Below, in pieces: positions 18,934 through 26,398 of a DNA stretch of 32,000 nt. The notes beneath the pieces were generated by a model. That model had not been told where the DNA came from. It ran no database searches and was given only the letters and a program-made list of their open reading frames with translations. Positions within the stretch are counted from its first letter, which is position 1; every line of letters begins with the position of its first letter. Made by a program: the position numbers and the translations under genes. Origin of the DNA: Promethearchaeota archaeon (GTDB lineage Archaea > Asgardarchaeota > Lokiarchaeia > Sigyniarchaeales > Promethearchaeaceae); the NCBI GenBank assembly GCA_016933055.1, contig JAFGBS010000034.1:144727-176726 (forward strand), read 5' to 3'.

Positions 18934-19347
18934 ATGGGTGAATTTAAAACTGAAGCAACTCTTGTAAAAAGATACCAAACTGTTGTCACTGATACACGTG
19001 GACATGGAATGGTATGTGACCTCCCGCCTGAGAAAGGCGGTTATGACCAAGGAACTAGTGCTGTGGAATTAATGGTAATGGCACTAGCGGACTGCATAAT
19101 CACAATCTATGCCGTAAAAGCCATGGGTGAGAAGATTGATTTAAAGCACCTCTCCATTAAAATGAAGGCTAATATGCCGGATGGGGCACCAACTATAGAA
19201 TCCTTTTCTGCAACCGTAACGGTAAAGTCTCCTGCAAGTGAAGAAGCTTGCCAGAAATTATTGGATGAGACTCTAAAAGCCTGCCCAGTTGGTGTCTTAT
19301 GCAGTAAAGCATGTACAATGGATATTCAACTACGATATAAAGAATAA
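18934..19347 (+). CDS. OsmC/Ohr-like family protein
   Basis: D.P.EKGG.DQG.S.VEL...ALADC and KACPV, with both family Cys present. ATG 18934 is preferred over GTG 18925. Confidence 0.85.
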   Translation: MGEFKTEATLVKRYQTVVTDTRGHGMVCDLPPEKGGYDQGTSAVELMVMALADCIITIYAVKAMGEKIDLKHLSIKMKANMPDGAPTIESFSATVTVKSPASEEACQKLLDETLKACPVGVLCSKACTMDIQLRYKE

Positions 19348-19646
19348 ATTCTACTAATCTTAATTCCACTTTTTTCTTTTTTCTTTTTACCAGCGATTTT
19401 ATATGAGCATGAATTGAAGAAAATTCTGAATGTATAATTCGATGATTTAATCAAGATGGTGTGTTCATCTTTAAATCTCTACTTGTATTCCACAGAATCA
19501 AATGAGGGAGAGTAAAATTTAAAAAAATCGATTAAAATCATACACAATGCTGAATCAATCGACCATAAAAAAAATATCCAAAACTCATACACGGTTTGAG
19601 AACCCAATACTGGAATCGGAATTCATGGTTTAATGATTTATGATGG

Positions 19647-20984
19647 TCATTTCATTTGATGCTGTTTTTTTTCCTTTGCTAATTGTGTCTGTACATAAAT
19701 AACAGTATTTCCCTTTAAATCTCTTCCTGGATCTTCTCCAATTTCCCGTATTGCGGAGAGATAAATTGCCATAGCCATCGTAGAACTTTCAGATCTTGCC
19801 CGTTCAGCGTAGATTTGAGCGTAAGCTTTCTTAATGAAATCATTATTGGGATCCGATCTTAATGCCCATTCAATTAGATGACATGCGACTTTCACTTTCT
19901 TTTGTTTACAAAGGACCATCGCTCTATTTACCAAATTTTCCGATCCACCTACTAAATCGACAATTTCATTTGCGATATCCTGTTCTGCAGCTGGCTTTAA
20001 ATGCGAAGGGATTCCGTCATACCAACCCCCATATTTTGTCCATACACTTCGAATGAGAAATTCTGGTTCATCATAGATGGGTTGTAGATATGGTTTTTTC
20101 TTGAGATCTTCAGGAAATGTAACCTTTTCAATTATTTCTGACAATGATAATCTTTGATTCATGAGATCAATAGTCTGAGAATAGAGTAGATCTAAATATT
20201 CCGCAGTATCGGATAATGCCTTTTTTACGCGTTCCTTCCCTATGATTGGTACCCCATGGCCTGGAAGTAGAATTTCAGCATCTTTTTCTGCCATTTTCAA
20301 TAAATTTTCTGCCCATTCTTTTATATAACGCTGAGCTTTTTGTGGATTTCCCGCATTTGGAACCCCCCAGACAAAAAAATCCCCCGTACAAAGAACCTTA
20401 TCGTTTGGTAAATAGATCCATAATGCATCATCGGTCTCCCCCCTCCCATGAAATAAATTTACGGTGACTCCTCCAACATTCAGTTCGTAACTGTTTTCAA
20501 CCAATATTGTAGGATAGATAAACTCAATTGGAAAATAAGGTTGTCCTTGTCCTCCTAAAAATTGTCTTTGATTGATGAATGCGTTATATCCGTGAGTTTC
20601 TATGTACCTACCAAAGCGTTTGGGTACATTCACATGGCTGATTATATGAGGTTTTTTCCAATTCTTTCGTTTACATTCCCGATAGTAGGGTTTCACACCA
20701 AATGCATGATCAACATGACCGTGTGTAAATATAATACTGTTTGCTTTCTGCTTAGATATAGAGCGAACTTTAGTAAATCGTATTGCTTCATCAAATTGGG
20801 CAGCAGGGTCAATTAATATCAACCCATCGGACGTTTCTCGTATTATACTGTTAGAAAATCCTTTATAAAACCATAGACCATCAATAATTTGCTCAATGTC
20901 ATAAGGTTCTGCGAATGGATGGCATAGATATGTATTCGTTTGTCCTGTCCATAGTTTTTCCGCAAGATCTAAAACATTAACCAT
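19647..20984 (-). CDS. Metallo-beta-lactamase-fold hydrolase, alkyl sulfatase (SdsA/BDS1)-like with dimerization domain
   Basis: THGHVDH (HxHxDH), HGRGETDD, TGDF, PGHG and YGGWYDG.P..L.P motifs. Confidence 0.85.
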   Translation of the reverse strand: MVNVLDLAEKLWTGQTNTYLCHPFAEPYDIEQIIDGLWFYKGFSNSIIRETSDGLILIDPAAQFDEAIRFTKVRSISKQKANSIIFTHGHVDHAFGVKPYYRECKRKNWKKPHIISHVNVPKRFGRYIETHGYNAFINQRQFLGGQGQPYFPIEFIYPTILVENSYELNVGGVTVNLFHGRGETDDALWIYLPNDKVLCTGDFFVWGVPNAGNPQKAQRYIKEWAENLLKMAEKDAEILLPGHGVPIIGKERVKKALSDTAEYLDLLYSQTIDLMNQRLSLSEIIEKVTFPEDLKKKPYLQPIYDEPEFLIRSVWTKYGGWYDGIPSHLKPAAEQDIANEIVDLVGGSENLVNRAMVLCKQKKVKVACHLIEWALRSDPNNDFIKKAYAQIYAERARSESSTMAMAIYLSAIREIGEDPGRDLKGNTVIYVQTQLAKEKKQHQMK

Positions 20985-21155
20985 ATGGATTCAATCGTAA
21001 CACCAAGATTTATAGTCACTGCCAAAAACAATAATCTTCTCCTTTACATTTTCGATAATGCATTCATTCATTAGTACAGGATTTAAAGCGTACGAAATTA
21101 GGACGTTAACCTTATATATCTCCCATTGAATCTCCATAATAAGGTCTGAAATTAT

Positions 21156-21638
21156 ATGGGCAATCTTGAATTAGGAAAAACACTCTCTTATGTGGGAGGT
21201 GCATTATCACTTATTTCTGGCATATTCATCCTTTTTCCCTTAGTAGGATTCAGTGGGATCTTTGGTTATATAGAAGAAATACTTGATTTCAGGGTATTCG
21301 TTGCAATTTTTATCGTTTTATTTGTTATGATGATTACTGGTGGCATCATAACTATCATCGGCGCAGCACAAGTAGAAAAAGTAGATCCGGATAAAGCAGG
21401 AACAACTGTGATTATCGGAAGTGTTGTTGCAGGCGTTAACTGGATTTCCCTTATCGGGGGAATTCTCCTCAAGCAAGCCAAAGCAACATCTGGTATATTC
21501 GCTGGTCAATCTTATAGACAAGCAGCATCTTCAGACCAAAATCGTTCTCCAGCAAGGTATTGTAAGAACTGTGGTAAACCCCTCGAAGAAAACGAGCGAT
21601 ATTGTCGAATATGTGGTACGGAAAGTACTCAATGGTAA
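21156..21638 (+). CDS. Membrane protein with a C-terminal zinc ribbon
   Basis: Three or so hydrophobic segments followed by CKNCG...CRICG. Confidence 0.75.
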   Translation: MGNLELGKTLSYVGGALSLISGIFILFPLVGFSGIFGYIEEILDFRVFVAIFIVLFVMMITGGIITIIGAAQVEKVDPDKAGTTVIIGSVVAGVNWISLIGGILLKQAKATSGIFAGQSYRQAASSDQNRSPARYCKNCGKPLEENERYCRICGTESTQW

Positions 21639-21727
21639 AAAAATACTGACAAGAAGAAGAGTAAATTTCACTCTAAACTTAAAAAATTTTTAAGATTAAG
21701 GTAGATGAAAAAAAAAGGAAATTATAT

Positions 21728-21814
21728 GAAAATCAGACTTGAAAAACCCGGGCGGGTCGTCCACGTTCCCGTTCAGTTTAGGAAACGCTTCATCCCATTC
21801 CAAGTTTGATTTTC
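21728..21814 (-). promoter_or_regulatory. Eukaryote-like SECIS element (selenocysteine insertion sequence) of vhuU
   Basis: The minus strand reads A-UGA-A (21793-21789), then GCGUUUCC, a loop UAAACUGAAC, GGGAACGU and G-GA-C (21762-21759). This gives tandem G.A/A.G pairs, an 8-bp upper stem and an apical AAA. Below the core, GGG/CCC, ACUUGGAA/UUUCAAGU and a perfect GAAAAUCA/UGAUUUUC pair can form an extended lower helix. Confidence 0.85.
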
Positions 21815-21939
21815 TTGTCGTGTAGCACATCTCCGCTTTCATCTACAACGGTTAAATGTGCAGCACACGAAAGTCAAGGATCATAACAGCGTATGATCAT
21901 TTCGAGTAGATTTGTTATTTTTTCGTCTATTTCAACCAT
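21790..21939 (-). CDS. vhuU: VhuU: selenocysteine-containing small subunit carrying the C-terminal Ni-binding motif of the [NiFe(Se)] hydrogenase (49 aa precursor)
   Basis: Not in the ORF track. My translation is [49 protein letters not shown], with in-frame TGA at 21874-21876 in the first-Cys position of DPCxxCxxH. There is an AAGGAG upstream, the gene starts 17 bp after the vhuA stop, and a SECIS follows. Confidence 0.93.
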
Positions 21940-21956
21940 TTTTTCAACACTTCTCC

Positions 21957-23270
21957 TTATTTAACCCATGGATCGGGTAGTTTAATGCTTTTCAAGGCAT
22001 CTTGTTCAATAATTTGCTTTGCAACATGAGTCACCAGCTTATCAATACCACCGAGGTTGTGATTTGTGGCCACAAGAAGGTTTGCTTTGCGACATATTCC
22101 CTTTTCATCGCTTGTTAAATCGTAGATCAACGTTCCTCGGGGGGCTTCTACCATACCAACACCTCTCCCAGCTATTGGTTCGACATCCATTGTTTTAATA
22201 TCAGTCGAAACGATGTCCGGATCTTTTAAGAGATTTCCTATGTTCTCAATCGCAGCAACAGTCTCGATTATTCGAGCCCAGTGGAAAGCAAACACGTTGT
22301 GGATTGGATTAGTGCCAATTTTATCCCGCATTTCTTTTAGTGCGGCATCTGCTAATGGTGTATTCATCCGTTCTGCTACATTAATCATTCCCAACGGTCC
22401 GGTTTGGTATACTCCCTCTGGGTATCCCACCTCTTTTATGAAAGTGTGGGTACCGTAATTATGAGAAGTTACATGCTCCCCAATGACTTCCAAATATTTT
22501 TGGGGCTTGTATCGCTTTATTTTTCCCTCGGGATTACAAATTGAGAGCATTCCGTCATGTATATCATGAGTACCATCTTCTTTAGCAACGCCTAAATACC
22601 ATGTAGGAACTACTCCCACATTTGCTACAACGTCCCAGTAATCAGTAACTACCTTAAGTGCAATCTCAACGGTTTTTTTGGTATATTCTACCTGTCGCTC
22701 CCAGTCCTTAAGGAAGAAATCTCGGTGCTCTTCACTGAACGGATTCTTCAATCCACCAGGGATTGAGACGATTGGGTGTACGGATTTTCCTCCAATGGCA
22801 GCACAGAGAGCTTGACCATATTCCATCATTTCAAGTGCCATCTTCCCCTCAGCAGGGAGATCTTTGAGAATACTCACAACATTTCGTTTCGCAGGATCAG
22901 CAAAAGGTCCGTAGATAAAATCGGGTGCTGCTAAAGCATAAAAGTGCAATAAATGAGACGAGTATTGCTTAGCTTGGAGTAAAAGTTCTCGAACTTTAAA
23001 TGCTGCAGGCGGAATCTTCACATTCCATGCGTCTTCTACAGCTTTGGTTGGTGCAATGTGATGTGGAATTGGACAGATGCCACATATCCGAGGGGTGATT
23101 CGGGGCACATGCTCCATAAATCGTCCTTCCACAAATTTCTCAAAGAAACGGGTTGTCGTAACGTTGAATTGTGCATCTAGCACTTTTTTTCCATCATCAG
23201 ATACTTTGAGAATTAATCCACCATGTCCCTCAAGTCTAGTGACAGGTTCAACTTCGTATATTTTCGGCAT
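21957..23270 (-). CDS. vhuA: Group 3c-type [NiFe] hydrogenase large subunit lacking the C-terminal L2 motif (VhuA/MvhA-like)
   Basis: Has EPVTRLEGHG, RFFEKF..GR, the L1 motif RICGICPIPH, HPIVSIPGG and VEAPRGTLIY. It ends at ...KLPDPWVK with no DPCxxC. Confidence 0.93.
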   Translation of the reverse strand: MPKIYEVEPVTRLEGHGGLILKVSDDGKKVLDAQFNVTTTRFFEKFVEGRFMEHVPRITPRICGICPIPHHIAPTKAVEDAWNVKIPPAAFKVRELLLQAKQYSSHLLHFYALAAPDFIYGPFADPAKRNVVSILKDLPAEGKMALEMMEYGQALCAAIGGKSVHPIVSIPGGLKNPFSEEHRDFFLKDWERQVEYTKKTVEIALKVVTDYWDVVANVGVVPTWYLGVAKEDGTHDIHDGMLSICNPEGKIKRYKPQKYLEVIGEHVTSHNYGTHTFIKEVGYPEGVYQTGPLGMINVAERMNTPLADAALKEMRDKIGTNPIHNVFAFHWARIIETVAAIENIGNLLKDPDIVSTDIKTMDVEPIAGRGVGMVEAPRGTLIYDLTSDEKGICRKANLLVATNHNLGGIDKLVTHVAKQIIEQDALKSIKLPDPWVK

Positions 23271-23272
23271 TG

Positions 23273-24172
23273 TTATGCTGCTCCTCCTTCAAATCTCTCT
23301 TTTATGAGTTTGGGTTTTTGTGAATGCATTTTCAATTCAATTTCATCATAAGTGTATCCCATAGCCAGAGCAAGAAGTTCTGTGAGGTAGAATATTGGAA
23401 TATCATAATCCTTCTCGAATTTCTTCTTAAGACTACGCTGATTGAAATCCATCTGTGAAAAACAAGAGGGACAAATGACGCAGAATATCTCAGCTCCCGC
23501 ATTAATAGCACTATCGAGCTTTTTCTGCAATCTTCGTAATGATACATCCTCTTCCGCATTCATTATTGCATAACCACAACATAGGTGTTCCTCTTCATAA
23601 TCTATAATGGTTGCTCCAGTTGCAGCTACGACTTTACGTAAGTTTTGAGGATTCTCATGGTCCTCTTCAGATTGCATTATTTCGACTGGTCTCATATAGT
23701 GACAACCAGTGTGACAAGCCACCTTCAATCCGGTTAACGGTTTCGTTATTTTTGCTTTAATCGCCTCTACTCCAACCTCTTCCAGCAAATAGGTCAAGAA
23801 ATGTGACACATTAATACTTCCTTTGAATTCTCTACCAACTTCTTTAAGAATTCTATTGATCTTGTTACGCTTGGATTCACTATGTTTTAGTTCATGATTT
23901 ACTACAGTGAGTGTCTGAGTACATCCATTACATAGGGACACAATATCTTTTCCTTCTGCTTCTGCTAAAGTTAGGTTTCGCGCTCCTAGACTAAGCCAGC
24001 TAGTATAATCCGAGCATTGGATGCCAATAGGATCAGGACAGCATCCAAAGGCAGCGTCTTTTGGTTTTAATTCGAGTTTCTCGAAAACCAAGCGAGCAGA
24101 TTTCTCCAAATAGGGCAATCTTTGACCAATCATACATCCTTCGTATAATAAGAATTCTTCAGCATCTGTCAT
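23273..24172 (-). CDS. hdrB: Heterodisulfide reductase subunit B-like (two CCG domains)
   Basis: Motifs GC...GCCP...CNGC and HTGCH...CCG...CPSC. Its ATG overlaps the hdrC TAA. Confidence 0.9.
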   Translation of the reverse strand: MTDAEEFLLYEGCMIGQRLPYLEKSARLVFEKLELKPKDAAFGCCPDPIGIQCSDYTSWLSLGARNLTLAEAEGKDIVSLCNGCTQTLTVVNHELKHSESKRNKINRILKEVGREFKGSINVSHFLTYLLEEVGVEAIKAKITKPLTGLKVACHTGCHYMRPVEIMQSEEDHENPQNLRKVVAATGATIIDYEEEHLCCGYAIMNAEEDVSLRRLQKKLDSAINAGAEIFCVICPSCFSQMDFNQRSLKKKFEKDYDIPIFYLTELLALAMGYTYDEIELKMHSQKPKLIKERFEGGAA

Positions 24173-24693
24173 TATTTTTTCTCCTCCTTGGGTTCTTCAT
24201 ATCCGATTTTTTTATCGAAACCGGTTGCTTTAAGGATTTTTTGGATCTCCTTCACATTTGGTTTAGGAATTAGAGGTAAGCCCATTTTATCCCGTCTTCG
24301 AGCAATCGCATCTTGTAGGGGGATTGCTTGTCCCGTTTCCATCACCATTTTTGCTTGGGATATATACGCTTCAGGTGCTAATCCCATTCTCATACTTTGA
24401 TTTTTCAAGATTGTGAAAATATCCGTGAGTACAATGTCATTTGGGCAGATTTCATCGCATAAATCGCAGGTTTGGCATCCCCATAGATTGAATTGCTTAT
24501 CTGGTTGTAAAATCATATGAGAAAGACCTAATAACCCTTGCATCACTAACGTTCGTGGATCGTATCTCTCTGGTTCTAATTCTGAAACGGGACATATATC
24601 AGTACACCTGCCACATTGATAGCAATAGTGTACTTTCTCTCCCATATGGAGGTCTATAATTTGTTTCTTTACTTCATAATTCGGTACAAACAA
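24172..24693 (-). CDS. hdrC: Heterodisulfide reductase subunit C-like (2x[4Fe-4S])
   Basis: Motifs CYQCGRCTDICP and W.CQTCDLCDEICP. TTG start with a GGAGG SD upstream. Confidence 0.9.
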   Translation of the reverse strand: MFVPNYEVKKQIIDLHMGEKVHYCYQCGRCTDICPVSELEPERYDPRTLVMQGLLGLSHMILQPDKQFNLWGCQTCDLCDEICPNDIVLTDIFTILKNQSMRMGLAPEAYISQAKMVMETGQAIPLQDAIARRRDKMGLPLIPKPNVKEIQKILKATGFDKKIGYEEPKEEKK

Positions 24694-26103
24694 CTATTTC
24701 TCCTCCTCCTTCGTGTCTTCAACATGTCCACCTAATGTGCTAGCAGCAAGTGTGAATCGATTAAATAATCCAGCTGGATCCAAGATTTTATCCATCAGCG
24801 TCTTAGGATCAGGACCGAGAGATGCATAAGTGGATAGCATTTTTGCACCCTGATCTTTAATTTGCTCTGGCGGACCATAACATCCCAAACATGGGGCATT
24901 TGCTTTATTTGGACATATAGTGCCGCATCCTGCTTTGGTTACAGGACCAAGACAGACATATCCCTCCTCTAAGAAGCATTTCTTTTTATCGGGTAATCCT
25001 TCATAATCTCGCTTAATTTCCGTATAAGTTTTATCCACAACCGACCGTTCACAAGTAGAACAAACTGATGCTTGGCTGAATTTAAAGTGCTTACTTCCCT
25101 TTAATTTCATCAATAGTAAACTAATTGTATCATCAATGATTGCAGTCCCTGTTCCGGTAAATGCCAACACTTTTTGCTGTCCTTTTTTGGTCTTGATCGT
25201 TTTCTCTTCAAAAGTCTCGGGATGTTCTGCTAATTTTTGTAATACATCTCCCGCAAAATACATAAAATCAAAATTTGCCAACCCAAGATATAATTCGATG
25301 AATTTTTGTACTGTTATGGTATCCTCTTTACTCAAACTCTCCTTGGAAGCAATCAAGTCCAATAATTGCCCCGCTCGTTTCCCTTCTGGTTTAGAAGTTG
25401 CTTGGAAGCATCCCACACATGGACCTTCTCCAGATTCGGGACACATTAACGAACATCCTCCTGCAGTAACTGGTCCGAAACATAATTCTCCAGAATCCAG
25501 AAAACATCCACTCTTATTTAATGCACACTGTATACAGACGTTCTTCTCTGCCTTTACGGCATTTGGTTTCTTCGAGAGTAGGGTTATAACATATATAACG
25601 GCTGCAACGATATTATCTGTAGTTGGTGGACATCCTGGGAGTTTCACTTCAACATCAATGAGTTGAGGAACCGTGTATAGTCGATCTAAAATTTCGGGAA
25701 CGTCATTTGGCCATTTTCCTTTCACATCAGATTCAACAACACTTTCTGCATCAACAAATTTCCTCTTCAGTAGCTCCTCTTTTTTATAGAGATTTGCCAA
25801 ACCAATCACCGAACCATGATTTGCGCATGCACCAAAAGCTACTACAATCTTGCATTTATTTCGAATGAGATAAACCATTTCTTTATCTTTCTCAGTTCGA
25901 GCCGCACCCTCGATGAATCCGACATCGACCGATCCATCGGATCTATCCTCAAGAGATTTTAGTTTGAAATCTACCACAGCAGGCCAATAAACGATATCAA
26001 ACTCAGGAATTAATGCATAAAGCTTCAAATGTGCATTTAGGAGGGATTGATGGCAGCCCCAACAAGAGGATAACTGCATGAATGCGAATGTTAATTTTGC
26101 CAT
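24694..26103 (-). CDS. vhuG: Hydrogenase small subunit (VhuG/MvhG-like), elongated, with a duplicated C-terminal Fe-S module
   Basis: Motifs SSCWGCHQS, EGA, GACA and LPGCPP. Two copies follow of VCxxC...CFL..G..C.GPVT..GC...CP.....PC.GC (about 25408-25539 and 24880-25065). 469 aa. Confidence 0.88.
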   Translation of the reverse strand: MAKLTFAFMQLSSCWGCHQSLLNAHLKLYALIPEFDIVYWPAVVDFKLKSLEDRSDGSVDVGFIEGAARTEKDKEMVYLIRNKCKIVVAFGACANHGSVIGLANLYKKEELLKRKFVDAESVVESDVKGKWPNDVPEILDRLYTVPQLIDVEVKLPGCPPTTDNIVAAVIYVITLLSKKPNAVKAEKNVCIQCALNKSGCFLDSGELCFGPVTAGGCSLMCPESGEGPCVGCFQATSKPEGKRAGQLLDLIASKESLSKEDTITVQKFIELYLGLANFDFMYFAGDVLQKLAEHPETFEEKTIKTKKGQQKVLAFTGTGTAIIDDTISLLLMKLKGSKHFKFSQASVCSTCERSVVDKTYTEIKRDYEGLPDKKKCFLEEGYVCLGPVTKAGCGTICPNKANAPCLGCYGPPEQIKDQGAKMLSTYASLGPDPKTLMDKILDPAGLFNRFTLAASTLGGHVEDTKEEEK

Positions 26104-26398
26104 TTTATAAACTCCACTAAAAACTATTATTCACTAATTTGTGTATAAACCTAAATTCCACTTTAGTTACAGATTGGTCTATTTTGACTCCTTAAAAAAC
26201 TATTTCCACATAAAGTTGGAAAAATCTATAATACATTAATGGATTTACTAGCAAGGACTAAGAAAATGACAAAAAATTATGGATATAATGATATTTGATG
26301 ATGGGTGACGAGAGGTAGAATAAAACACAACACCTATTTTCTTATCTAAATTTGACCTGGTTATGCTTTATTGTCGGGAAAAAGAAAAAAAGGAAGAC

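Noticed and set aside
21874-21939. Reading the TGA at 21874-21876 as a real stop or a pseudogene lesion
   Set aside because: It falls exactly on the conserved Cys/Sec ligand, the motif continues after it, and a SECIS-like structure follows.
25136-25666. 176-aa plus-strand ORF, and the other short antisense or overlapping track ORFs (for example 1533-1799, 2581-2832, 4858-5142, 5284-5583, 9413-9685, 10396-10686, 22213-22458, 29034-29261)
   Set aside because: They lie within well-supported genes on the opposite strand or in another frame and show no recognisable motifs, so they are shadow ORFs.
24172-26103. The vhuG TAG stop (24694-24696) is immediately followed in frame by the hdrC TTG start, so UAG readthrough would give a VhuG-HdrC fusion
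   Set aside because: A strong GGAGGAGG SD lies just upstream of the TTG, and both proteins look complete on their own. Translational coupling explains the junction without recoding.
26104-26398. Search for a UGA-interrupted vhuD or other hidden selenoprotein ORF upstream of vhuG, and in the other large intergenic gaps
   Set aside because: By eye I found no Cys/Sec motif, coding-like frame or second SECIS. A computational scan would be more sensitive.
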